From assembly GCA_965261735.1 (NCBI GenBank), contig OZ253470.1:1664001-1728000 (forward strand): DNA of 64,000 bases, given 5' to 3'. This document shows, one piece after another, positions 55,320 to 64,000 of the stretch (position 1 is the first letter of the stretch; each line of letters opens with the position of its first letter). Both the position numbers and the translations under genes were made by a program. Under the pieces are notes generated by a model. The model did not search any database, was not told the origin of the DNA, and saw nothing but the letters and a program-made list of their open reading frames with translations. The DNA comes from Alphaproteobacteria bacterium. Its GTDB lineage: Bacteria; Pseudomonadota; Alphaproteobacteria; SHVV01.

Positions 55320-57407
55320 CTAACCCTGGGCGCGGCGGTGGGCCAGGCGCTCGCGCGCTGCCGCGGCCACCGCCTCCGCCGTGATTCCGAAATGGGCGTA
55401 CAGCTCCCCGCCGGGTGCCGACGCGCCGAACCCAGTCATGCCGATAAAGGCACCATCCTCGCCGACATACCGGGCCCAGCCCAGTGGCGAGGCCGCCTCG
55501 ACGGCGACGCGCACCGTGTCCGGCGCCAACGTCTCCCGCCGATACCCCTCGTCCTGGGTATCGAACAGCTCCTGGCACGGCATCGACACCACGCGGGTTC
55601 CAATTCCCCCGGCGTGCAGCCGCTCGCGCGCGGCGAGCGCGATCTGCACCTCCGAGCCGGTCGCGATCAGGGTCACCTGCGCCGCGCCCTCGGCAGCGGC
55701 GATCTCGTACGCGCCGCGGGCGCACCGATTGTCCTCGGTATGGGCGCTTCGCATCGGGGGCACGCCCTGGCGCGTGAGCGCCAGCACCGTCGGCCGGTCG
55801 CGCGCCGCGAGCGCGAGCATCCAGCACTCGGCCGTTTCCACCCCATCGGCGGGGCGCATGACCAGCAGCCCGGGGATTGCGCGCAAGGCCGCCAGATGCT
55901 CCACGGGCTGATGGGTCGGGCCGTCCTCGCCCAGGCCAATGGAATCGTGCGTCAGGACGTAGATGACGCCGAGGCCCATGAGCGCCGCCAGCCTCAGCGC
56001 CGGACGCATGTAATCGGAAAACACGAGGAAGGTGCCCCCGTACGGGATAATGCCGCCGTGCAGCGCGAGTCCGTTCATGACCGCCGCCATCGCGTGCTCG
56101 CGCACCCCGTAGTGCACGTAGCGCCCGCCATAGTCGCCGGCCCGTACAACGCCGAGGTCGGCGGTCATCGTGTTGTTCGAGTCGGTGAGGTCGGCCGAGC
56201 CGCCGAGGGTTTCCGGTACCGCCGCGTTGACGACCTCGAGGACCATGTTGGAGGCCTTGCGCGTGGCCCATTTCTGGGGGCCGTCCGCGGCCCTTTCGAG
56301 GAGGTCGCGCTTGCATTGCGCCAGCGCGGCAGCCGCGCCGTCAGCGGCCTGGCCCGCGAGGCGGCGCTCGAAGTCAGCGCGCAGGCGCGGATCGAGCGCC
56401 GCGAGCCGAGCCTCCCAGGCGTCGCCGGCGGCACGCCCGCGCGCGCCGATCGCGCGCCATGCGGCAAGGATGGGCGGCGGAACCTCGAACGGCGGCGCCG
56501 ACCAGCCGAGCCGTTCGCGCGCCGCCGCGACCTCGCTCGCGCCGAGAGCCGCGCCGTGCGTGGCCGCGGTGCCCTGCTTGTTCGGTGCCCCGAACCCGAT
56601 GACGGTACGGCATGCAATGAACGAGGGCCGATCGCTCGCCTCGGCCGCGGCCAACGCCGCCGCCGCCGCGTTCGGGTCGTGGCCGTCGATGGCGGTGGTG
56701 TCCCAGCCGCTGGCGGCGAAGCGCGTGAGCGCATCGTCGCCCGTCGCCAGCGACGTCGGGCCGTCGATCGAGATCGCATTGTCGTCGAAGAGCACGGTCA
56801 GACGGTCGAGCCGGAGATGGCCAGCCAGCGACACCGCCTCATGGCTGATTCCCTCCATCAGGCACCCGTCCCCGGCGATGACGTAGGTGCGATGGCCGGC
56901 GACCTCGTCGCCGAACCGCGCCGCGAGGTGGCGCTCGGCGAGCGCCATGCCGACCGCGTTGCCGAGCCCCTGGCCTAGGGGACCCGTAGTGGTCTCGATA
57001 CCGGTGGCGGCGCCGTACTCGGGGTGTCCCGGCGTACGGCTGCCGAGCTGGCGAAACCGCTTGATCTCGCCGATCGTCATGTCGGCGTAGCCGGTCAGGT
57101 GGAGGAGCGCATAGAGCAGCATCGAGCCGTGCCCCGCCGACAGCACGAAGCGGTCGCGCGCCGGCCAGTCAGGCCGCGCCGGATCGAAGCTGAGGAAGCG
57201 CGAGAACAGCACCGTCGCCACGTCGGCCATGCCCATCGGCATGCCGGGATGGCCCGACTGCGCCGCCTCGACCGCATCCATGGCGAGGGTGCGAATGGCG
57301 TTAGCGAGGTCGCGATGCGACACCTGTTGCGCGTCCTCAGCCGCGCGCGCGTGTCCGGCGCGGGCGGTGGCGGAGGGTTCCCGGCGCAGCGTCATCGCGG
57401 GGTTCAT
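55320..57407 (-). CDS. tkt: transketolase
   Basis: [26 protein letters not shown]. Confidence 0.97.
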   Translation of the reverse strand: MNPAMTLRREPSATARAGHARAAEDAQQVSHRDLANAIRTLAMDAVEAAQSGHPGMPMGMADVATVLFSRFLSFDPARPDWPARDRFVLSAGHGSMLLYALLHLTGYADMTIGEIKRFRQLGSRTPGHPEYGAATGIETTTGPLGQGLGNAVGMALAERHLAARFGDEVAGHRTYVIAGDGCLMEGISHEAVSLAGHLRLDRLTVLFDDNAISIDGPTSLATGDDALTRFAASGWDTTAIDGHDPNAAAAALAAAEASDRPSFIACRTVIGFGAPNKQGTAATHGAALGASEVAAARERLGWSAPPFEVPPPILAAWRAIGARGRAAGDAWEARLAALDPRLRADFERRLAGQAADGAAAALAQCKRDLLERAADGPQKWATRKASNMVLEVVNAAVPETLGGSADLTDSNNTMTADLGVVRAGDYGGRYVHYGVREHAMAAVMNGLALHGGIIPYGGTFLVFSDYMRPALRLAALMGLGVIYVLTHDSIGLGEDGPTHQPVEHLAALRAIPGLLVMRPADGVETAECWMLALAARDRPTVLALTRQGVPPMRSAHTEDNRCARGAYEIAAAEGAAQVTLIATGSEVQIALAARERLHAGGIGTRVVSMPCQELFDTQDEGYRRETLAPDTVRVAVEAASPLGWARYVGEDGAFIGMTGFGASAPGGELYAHFGITAEAVAAAARERLAHRRAQG

Positions 57408-57735
57408 GGCTTCGTCATCGCAGGTTCATGGCTTTCCGCCGGCGCCGGAGGGACCGGCGCCGATGACGCTCCAGCGCTCGCGTCACGCCGCCCCGGCCGC
57501 CTGGATGTGCCCTAAAATGCCGCGGCAAGATGACCGGCAATGGGCGCGCCGTCAACCTGCTAGTTGACCTCCTTAAGACCCCGCGCAGGTCCGGCTGCGG
57601 CGGTTGACGGGGTTGTCGAACGGACCCTATTCTTTGGGCGCGCGACGATGCTCGAGGTCCTCGCGACGTGAGTTTCCGCCTGCGGCGGCACACGCTGAAT
57701 CCGCTGCGTGATCGAAGGGACGAGTCGGGCCGGTC

Positions 57736-58035
57736 GTGAAAGCCGAACCATTGGCAAACATCGATGCCGCGAGCGCACGCCTCGAACAGGCGTTGGCCCG
57801 GCTCGAGGCCGCGATGGCGCAGGTCAGCGAGAGGGCGGGCCGCGCCGCCACGCTGGAGACGGAGCGCTCGCAGCTCGGTGACGAGTTCCGCACGATGCGC
57901 GCCGACCACGCGGCGATGAGCAAGCGCCTCGGCGCCGTCGAGACCGAGTACCGCGAACTCGAGAAGATCATCGACAACGTCGCGGCACGCCTCGATTCGA
58001 CGATCGGCCAGCTCAAGGCTCTGGCGGACGGCTGA
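57736..58035 (+). CDS. DUF4164-like coiled-coil protein upstream of zapA
   Basis: All-helical heptads; usual tkt-divergent position. Confidence 0.72.
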   Translation: MKAEPLANIDAASARLEQALARLEAAMAQVSERAGRAATLETERSQLGDEFRTMRADHAAMSKRLGAVETEYRELEKIIDNVAARLDSTIGQLKALADG

Positions 58036-58036
58036 C

Positions 58037-58387
58037 ATGCCGAGAGTCGACGTCAAGATCAACGGACACGCTTATCAGGTCGCGTGCAAGGAGGGCGAGG
58101 AGTCGCACCTCGCCGACCTCGCCGAATACGTCGACCGGCGCGTGTCGGAGCTGATCGATACCGTCGGCCCGGCGAGCGAGACCCGGCTTATGTTGATGGC
58201 CGGCCTGGTGATCGCCGACGAGCTGTCGGAGACGCTCGACAAGGTGGAGGCGCTCGAAGCTTCCGTCACCGATGCCCGCGAGCGCCGCGAGTCCGACAGC
58301 GCGGCCGTGGCCGAGAAGGCGGGGCGTGCGATCGACGTCCTGGCGCAGCGCCTGGAAGCTATTGCGGCACGCCTCGAGAGTGCTTAA
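58037..58387 (+). CDS. zapA: cell division protein ZapA
   Basis: INGHAYQVAC.EGEE, RLMLMAGL.IADEL. Confidence 0.92.
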   Translation: MPRVDVKINGHAYQVACKEGEESHLADLAEYVDRRVSELIDTVGPASETRLMLMAGLVIADELSETLDKVEALEASVTDARERRESDSAAVAEKAGRAIDVLAQRLEAIAARLESA

Positions 58388-58397
58388 CTTAAGAGGC

Positions 58398-58559
58398 GGG
58401 CGGGCACTGCCCGGTACGACGGCCTGTACATCCCTGCGGCCAATATCGATCCAAACGGGAGCTGTCCCTGCCGGAGTCGAGGCTTTGGTATATGGCGCCC
58501 ACCTGCAACTGCAGGCCACGGCGGATCGTTTCGGACCGACGGCCATGGCGGTCCCGCCC
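58398..58559 (+). ncRNA. ssrS: 6S RNA
   Basis: Between zapA and ygfA; closing stem GGGCGGGCACTGCC/GGCGGTCCCGCCC; TCCCTG..GCC, GGGAGCTGTCCCTG and GGCGCCCACCT blocks. Confidence 0.85.
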
Positions 58560-58574
58560 ACTACACCCCCTTTG

Positions 58575-59150
58575 ATGATGACCCTCGCCGAAGTGAAGAG
58601 TGCGCTTCGCGGCCGCAGCGCCGAGCGGCGTCGTGCGGCGAATGCCGACGCCGGGGCCGCGCACGCGGTGGCGACGCTTTTCATGGCGGCGCACGCGCCC
58701 GTGGCGGGCGCGGTGGTCGCGGGCTATTGGCCGCTGCGCGACGAGCTCGACCCGCGGCCGCTCATGGAGCGGCTCGCGGACGCCGGCTGCGCGCTCGCGC
58801 TGCCGGTCGTGGTGGCGCGCGGCGAGGCACTCGCGTTTCGCACCTGGACGCCGGGGGCGGCGCTGGTGCCCGGCGTCTTCGGAACCTCGGTGCCGCCCGC
58901 GACGGCGCCGCTCGTGCGCCCCGAGGTGCTTCTCGTGCCTCTCCTCGCGTTCGACGCCGCGGGCTACCGGCTCGGTTACGGCGGCGGCTACTACGACCGC
59001 ACCCTGCGCGCGCTGCGGCGCGGGCCCGGGCCTGCGTTAGCGGTCGGCATGGCCTACGCCGACCAGGAGGTGGCAAGCGTCCCCCACGGCGCGCGCGACG
59101 AGCGCCTCGACGGGGTGGTCACAGAGGCGCAAGCGAGGAGCTTCCGGTGA
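58575..59150 (+). CDS. ygfA: 5-formyltetrahydrofolate cyclo-ligase
   Basis: VPLLAFD..GYRLGYGGGYYDRTL. Confidence 0.94.
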   Translation: MMTLAEVKSALRGRSAERRRAANADAGAAHAVATLFMAAHAPVAGAVVAGYWPLRDELDPRPLMERLADAGCALALPVVVARGEALAFRTWTPGAALVPGVFGTSVPPATAPLVRPEVLLVPLLAFDAAGYRLGYGGGYYDRTLRALRRGPGPALAVGMAYADQEVASVPHGARDERLDGVVTEAQARSFR

Positions 59151-59965
59151 GGCTGCTGTTCCTCGGCGACATCGTCGGCCGCGCCGGGCGCAGCGCCGTG
59201 TGCGATGGGCTGCCGGGCTTTCGCGAGCGTTTGGCGCTCGACTTCGTCGTCGCCAACGGCGAGAACGCAGCCGGCGGATTCGGCATCACCGCCGCGATCT
59301 GCCAAGAACTCTACGCGGCCGGTGTCGATGTCATCACCACCGGCAATCACGTCTGGGCGCAGCGCGAGATCATTTCCTATATCGATAGCGACCCGCGCCT
59401 GCTGCGCCCGCACAACTTCCCCAAGGGGACGCCGGGCCGGGGCGCCAAGGTCTACGACCTCGCAGGCGGCCGCAAGGTCCTGGTGATCAACGTGTTGGGC
59501 CGCATCTTCATGGATCCGCTCGATGATCCTTTCGCCGCCGTCGAGGCGGAGCTCGACAAGGTGCGCCTCGGCGGCACCGTGGCCGCTATCCTCATCGACG
59601 CCCACTGCGAGGCCACGAGCGAGAAGGCCGCGCTCGGGGTCGCATCGGACGGGCGCGTGTCCATGGTGGTGGGCTCGCACAGCCACGTGCCCAGCGCCGA
59701 TGGGCGCATCCTGCCGGGCGGCACCGCCTATCAGTCCGACGCCGGGATGTGCGGCGACTACGACTCCATCATCGGCATGGAGAAGGACGAGCCGCTCGCC
59801 CGGTTCGTGCGCAAGATGTCGGGCGGCCGTTTCACCCCGGCGCTCGGCGAGGCCACCGTGTGCGGCACCTACGTCGAGACCGACGACAAGAGCGGCCTCG
59901 CGACCTTCATCGCGCCCCTGCGCCACGGCGGCCACCTCAAGCCCGCCTGGCCGCTGCAGAACTAG
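59147..59965 (+). CDS. ymdB: YmdB/TIGR00282 metallophosphoesterase
   Basis: FLGDIVG, NGEN, TTGNH, HCEATSEK, GSHSHV, DAGMCG. Confidence 0.93.
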   Translation: MRLLFLGDIVGRAGRSAVCDGLPGFRERLALDFVVANGENAAGGFGITAAICQELYAAGVDVITTGNHVWAQREIISYIDSDPRLLRPHNFPKGTPGRGAKVYDLAGGRKVLVINVLGRIFMDPLDDPFAAVEAELDKVRLGGTVAAILIDAHCEATSEKAALGVASDGRVSMVVGSHSHVPSADGRILPGGTAYQSDAGMCGDYDSIIGMEKDEPLARFVRKMSGGRFTPALGEATVCGTYVETDDKSGLATFIAPLRHGGHLKPAWPLQN

Positions 59966-59984
59966 CACCGGGCCGCGCCAGGCT

Positions 59985-60622
59985 TCTCGACCGGCCGGAT
60001 GGCACTGTGGTGATGCCGTCGTGGACCGACGACGATGACCGGCCCTTCGACGCGACGCAGACCCGGGCTGCCGCCGATCTTGGGGTCGTTGCCGATGCGT
60101 TTTGGAAGCTCCCGCGCGTCCGCCGGAGCGCCCACCCTTTCGCCTTCGCCGCGAGCGGGCCGAAGGCGGCACAGATCCTCTCCGATCCGCTCGCGCTGCC
60201 GCCACATCAGCACGCTAGCCCGGCGGGGAAGGTCATGGATCACGACGGCCGGATCCTGTTGATCGGCGTGAACCACGATGCCAACACCACGCTGCATCTG
60301 GCCGAGCTATTGGCGGGCGTTCCTTACGGAATACCCAAGCACGTCACCGTGCTCGAGGACGATAGGCCGGCGCGAATCGACTACCTCGAGAACGACCACT
60401 GTTGTCGGCTGTTCGAACTCGCGGATGTCTGGATGACGCAAAACGGCCTTCAATCGGAAGGTGTTGTTGGCCACGCCCCGTCCAAGCTGATGCGCTCGCG
60501 CGACCTGGTCGATACGGCGCTTTCCCAGCTGGTGCGCAATCCCTTCACTTTCCTTCACCCCGAGAGAGTCCGGTTGCGAAGCGTGCGCGCGTGCCTGGAG
60601 AAGCGTCCTGGACCGAGAGTGA
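59985..60622 (+). pseudogene. aminoglycoside 3-N-acetyltransferase, AAC(3)-IV-like, 5'-truncated and frameshifted
   Basis: GTVVMPSW, RSAHPFAFAA, HDANTTLHLAE, DYLENDHCC; extra C near 60560 displaces GCEAC. Confidence 0.88.
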
Positions 60623-60657
60623 TATCAACGCCGTCCCCATCCCGGCGGAGCGGCACG

Positions 60658-61506
60658 TTAGGACAAGTGCGCGAGATCGTCGGCGGACAGGGTCAGGCGC
60701 GCCGCGGCGACGTTCTCCTCGAGGTGGGCGAGCGAGGACGTACCCGGAATCGGCAGCATCACGGGCGAGTGCGCGAGCAGCCAGGCGATCGCGACCTGGG
60801 CCGGCGTCGCATCATGGCGAACCGCCACCTCGCCGAGGGCGCCCTGGCCGCTCGCGTGCTGGCCGCCCTCGAGCGGAAACCAGGGCAGGAACGCCAGGCC
60901 CTCACGCTCACACTCGCTGAGTACGTCCGCGGACTTGCGCAGGCCTAGGCTGAAGCGGTTCTGCACGGACACGATGGCCGCGAGGCTGCGCGCGCGGCGC
61001 AGCTCCGCGACGCTCACGTTGGACAGGCCGATGTGACGGATCTTGCCCTCGGCCTGGAGGTCGACGAGCGTGCCGACCGAATCCTCGAAGGGTACGCGAG
61101 GGTCGGGCGAGTGGAGCTGATAGAGATCGATGCGCTCGAGCCTGAGGCGCTGCAAGCTCCCCTCACAGACGGCGCGCAGGTGCTCCGGGCGGCCGTCAGG
61201 GTCCCAGGCTCCGGGCCGCGGCCGCGTCAGCCCGCCCTTGGTCGCGATCACCAGGCCCTCGGGATAGGGGTAGAGGGTTTCCGCGATCAGTCGCTCGCTG
61301 ACCTCGGGCCCATAGGAATCGGCGGTGTCGATGAGCGTGATGCCGAGCTCGAGCGTTCGCCGCAACACGCGGCCCGCCTCGGCCGCATCGCGCGGCTCAC
61401 CCCACACATCGGGTCCGGTGATCCGCATGGCGCCGAACCCGAGCCGGTCGATGACCAGATCACCACCGATGGTCAGCGCGCCCGCAGGGCCTTCATGTTG
61501 CGGCAT
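60658..61506 (-). CDS. aldo/keto reductase
   Basis: LGFGAMRITG, IDTADSYG, IDLYQLH, IGLSN, PIPGTS. Confidence 0.93.
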   Translation of the reverse strand: MPQHEGPAGALTIGGDLVIDRLGFGAMRITGPDVWGEPRDAAEAGRVLRRTLELGITLIDTADSYGPEVSERLIAETLYPYPEGLVIATKGGLTRPRPGAWDPDGRPEHLRAVCEGSLQRLRLERIDLYQLHSPDPRVPFEDSVGTLVDLQAEGKIRHIGLSNVSVAELRRARSLAAIVSVQNRFSLGLRKSADVLSECEREGLAFLPWFPLEGGQHASGQGALGEVAVRHDATPAQVAIAWLLAHSPVMLPIPGTSSLAHLEENVAAARLTLSADDLAHLS

Positions 61507-61780
61507 GTCGACTCCGATGTTGTGGGCTGGCGAGCCCCCGTTGGGTTCAATCGATCCCCATCAAACCAGATTGGTCACGCCATACCAAGAGGTCGATGTG
61601 GGTCTCGCCGGATCGCTTCGCCCGGGTTCGTCCCGGCCGCAGAGGACGCAGCCCCCGCCGCCGCGCCTCAATGTTGCCATAAAGGATTGGTAGTTGTGAG
61701 GCGTGCGGCCGCACACAATATCTGGTACTAATTCGCCGGACATTCCCCATATCGCGCAAGGAACGTCGTCACGGCATCAC

Positions 61781-62530
61781 ATGGCGGGTCACTCCCAGTT
61801 CAAGAATATCATGCACCGCAAGGGCGCGCAGGACGCCAAGCGGGCCAAGCTGTTCGCCAAGCTCATTCGCGAGCTCACGGTGGCGGCGCGATCCGGCCAG
61901 GCCGACCCATTGGCCAACCCCCGCCTGCGCACCGCGATCGCGGCGGCGCGCGCGGCCAACATGCCCGGTGACAACATCGAGCGCGCCATCGCGCGCGGCT
62001 CCGGCGGCGGCGAGGGCACAGCCTACGAGGAGGTGCGCTATGAGGGCTACGGGGCTGGCGGCGTCGCCGTCATCGTCGAGGCTCTGACCGACAACCGCAA
62101 CCGCACCGCGGCCGCGGTGCGGACCGCGTTCAGCAAGCATGGCGGCACACTGGCCGAGAGCAACAGCGTCACCTTTCAGTTCGCTCGCGTCGGCTCGATC
62201 CACTTCGCTGCGGGCGCGGCGGACGCCGACGACATGTTGGAGGCCGCTATCGAAGCCGGCGCCGAGGATTGCGCCTCCGACGCCACTGGTCACGACATCA
62301 CCTGCGAGCCGGCCGACTTCAACGACGTGCGCGATGCCCTTGCCGAGCGCTTCGGTGCGCCCGAGCGGGCCGAGCTGATGTGGAAGCCGAACGCGACGGT
62401 GCCGCTCACCGAGGATCAGGCGCCGACCCTGCTCAAGATGCTCGAGGTCCTCGACGACAGCGACGACGTTCAGCAGGTCGCCGCCAACTTCGACGTCGAT
62501 GAGGCGGTCCTCGAGCGCCTCGGCGCCTAA
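61781..62530 (+). CDS. yebC: YebC/PmpR family protein
   Basis: [29 protein letters not shown]. Confidence 0.96.
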   Translation: MAGHSQFKNIMHRKGAQDAKRAKLFAKLIRELTVAARSGQADPLANPRLRTAIAAARAANMPGDNIERAIARGSGGGEGTAYEEVRYEGYGAGGVAVIVEALTDNRNRTAAAVRTAFSKHGGTLAESNSVTFQFARVGSIHFAAGAADADDMLEAAIEAGAEDCASDATGHDITCEPADFNDVRDALAERFGAPERAELMWKPNATVPLTEDQAPTLLKMLEVLDDSDDVQQVAANFDVDEAVLERLGA

Positions 62531-62537
62531 CGACAAC

Positions 62538-63056
62538 ATGCGGATCATCGGACTCGATCCCGGCCTGCGCACGACCGGCTGGGGCGTCATCGCCGTCGCC
62601 GGCAATCATCTGCGCCACGTGGCCAATGGTGCGGTGAAGACCTCGGCGGCGGCATCCCTGGCCGAGCGCTTATGCGAAATCCACGACGGCCTAAGCGCGG
62701 TGTGCGCCGAGCACGCCCCAGAAGAGGCGGCGGTCGAGGAGACCTTCGTCAACCGCAATCCGGCCTCGGCGCTGAAGCTCGGCCAGGCCCGCGGCGTCGT
62801 GCTCCTGGTGCCAGCCCGGGCCGGCCTTGCCGTCCACGAGTACGCCGCGAACCTGGTCAAGAAGACGGTGGTCGGCACCGGCCATGCCGACAAGGCTCAG
62901 ATCAACGCCATGGTCCGGGTGCTGCTTCCGGGCTGCGCCGTCGCTGGCGCCGACGCCGCCGATGCGCTCGCCGTGGCGATCTGCCATGCCCATCACCGTA
63001 ACGCGCGCACGCTCGCGGCGGCCGCCGCCGCCGCCGCCGCGGGAGCGGCCGCGTGA
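62538..63056 (+). CDS. ruvC: crossover junction endodeoxyribonuclease RuvC
   Basis: [30 protein letters not shown]. Confidence 0.96.
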   Translation: MRIIGLDPGLRTTGWGVIAVAGNHLRHVANGAVKTSAAASLAERLCEIHDGLSAVCAEHAPEEAAVEETFVNRNPASALKLGQARGVVLLVPARAGLAVHEYAANLVKKTVVGTGHADKAQINAMVRVLLPGCAVAGADAADALAVAICHAHHRNARTLAAAAAAAAAGAAA

Positions 63057-63649
63057 TAGCCAAGTTGACCGGGCGCCGCGACGCCATCGACGAGGACTCG
63101 GTGATCGTCGACGTTGGTGGCGTCGGCTATCACGTGTTCTGCTCGGCGCGCACGCTGGCCGCGCTGCCGCCCGCCGGCGCGCTCGTCAGCCTCACGGTCG
63201 AGACCCACGTGCGCGAGGACCACATCCATCTCTATGGCTTCGCCAGTACCGACGAGCGCGACTGGTTCCGCCTCCTGCAGAACATACAGGGCGTTGGCGC
63301 GAGGCTCGCGCTGCGCCTGCTCGCGGTGCTCGCCGTGGGCGAGCTCATCGAGACGATCGCGAGCCAGGACCACGCGCGGCTTACGCAGGCCAACGGCGTC
63401 GGTGCCAAGCTCGCGCGCCGCATCATCGGCGAGCTCAAGGACCGGGTGCCGAGCGTGGGCGCCCCCGCGGCGACGGCCGCCGTCGCCGCGCTCGGCGGAC
63501 CCACGGGCGATGCGGTATCGGCGCTCGTCAATCTCGGCTACGGGCGCAGCGAGGCGTTCGGCGCGGTGGCGGCGGCGCAGCGCGACCTCGGCCATGAGGT
63601 CGGGATCGAGGCGCTGATCCGCGGCGGCCTACGGGAGCTCGCCGGTTGA
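63053..63649 (+). CDS. ruvA: Holliday junction branch migration protein RuvA
   Basis: DVGGVGY, VRED...LYGF, ALVNLGY. Confidence 0.96.
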   Translation: MIAKLTGRRDAIDEDSVIVDVGGVGYHVFCSARTLAALPPAGALVSLTVETHVREDHIHLYGFASTDERDWFRLLQNIQGVGARLALRLLAVLAVGELIETIASQDHARLTQANGVGAKLARRIIGELKDRVPSVGAPAATAAVAALGGPTGDAVSALVNLGYGRSEAFGAVAAAQRDLGHEVGIEALIRGGLRELAG

Positions 63650-64000
63650 GCGAGGAGCGCCTGGTGGCGGCCGACGCGCAAGGCGATGACGGGCCGGAAC
63701 TGAGCCTGCGCCCGCGCAGTCTCGACGATTTCGTCGGCCAGCGCACGGTGTGCGCCAATCTGCGCGTATTCATCGAGGCCGCCCGGGCGCGCGGCGAGGC
63801 CCTCGACCACGTGCTGTTTGCCGGTCCCCCCGGGCTCGGCAAGACAACGCTCGCGCAAATCACCGCGCGCGAGCTCGGCGTCAATTTCCGAGCCACCTCC
63901 GGGCCCGTGATTGCCCGCCCCGGCGACCTCGCCGCCCTGCTCACCAACCTGCAGGAGCGTGACGCCCTGTTCATCGACGAGATCCACCGCCTGAGCCCGA
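63646..64000 (+). CDS. ruvB: Holliday junction helicase RuvB (partial)
   Basis: [33 protein letters not shown]; runs off the window end. Confidence 0.96.
   Translation, partial: MSEERLVAADAQGDDGPELSLRPRSLDDFVGQRTVCANLRVFIEAARARGEALDHVLFAGPPGLGKTTLAQITARELGVNFRATSGPVIARPGDLAALLTNLQERDALFIDEIHRLSP

Noticed and set aside
54301-56316. 671-aa ORF as an extended GAPDH
   Set aside because: Extension is an alternative frame of tkt; gap starts at 55308
59749-60948. 399-aa ORF as an intact acetyltransferase
   Set aside because: Its start overlaps ymdB off-frame and its tail is frameshifted read-through antisense to the aldo/keto reductase
63019-63040. GCC triplet run at the ruvC 3' end (also the poly-Pro run near 49210)
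   Set aside because: In-frame low-complexity tails; not phase-variable
1-64000. CRISPR array, cas genes, rRNA, reverse transcriptase, integrase
   Set aside because: No regularly spaced short repeats or matching protein motifs found by eye

Overview
GC-rich alphaproteobacterial (Rhodospirillales-like) chromosome segment. Intact housekeeping blocks: coq7-dsbB-yqaA, tRNA-Leu(CAA), pyk, glcDEF, rpmJ, serC-serA-hisZ-purA, a MotA/MotB-like pair, suhB-efp, tkt-gap-fba-thiE, zapA-6S RNA-ygfA-ymdB and yebC-ruvCAB. These alternate with eroded accessory regions (about 1-4.5 kb, 6.7-11.8 kb, 25-37.7 kb, 44.3-44.9 kb, 60 kb) containing IS5, IS1595 (3 full copies, 2 end fragments), IS256 (2 full, 1 fragment), IS630, an IS110/IS1111 element, a 172-bp MITE and about a dozen pseudogenes. 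The most notable items are: an IS1111 element whose 3' non-coding region carries readable guide matches to its own target and donor junction; a mosaic tandem array of three paralogous secreted proteins of unknown function, two of them disrupted by mobile elements; a frameshifted rubredoxin-MBL-rubredoxin fusion; a decayed AAC(3)-IV homolog; a 51-bp IS-derived promoter fragment upstream of higBA; and repeated toxin inactivation beside intact antitoxins. All calls come from reading motifs by eye; no database searches or folding computations were run.
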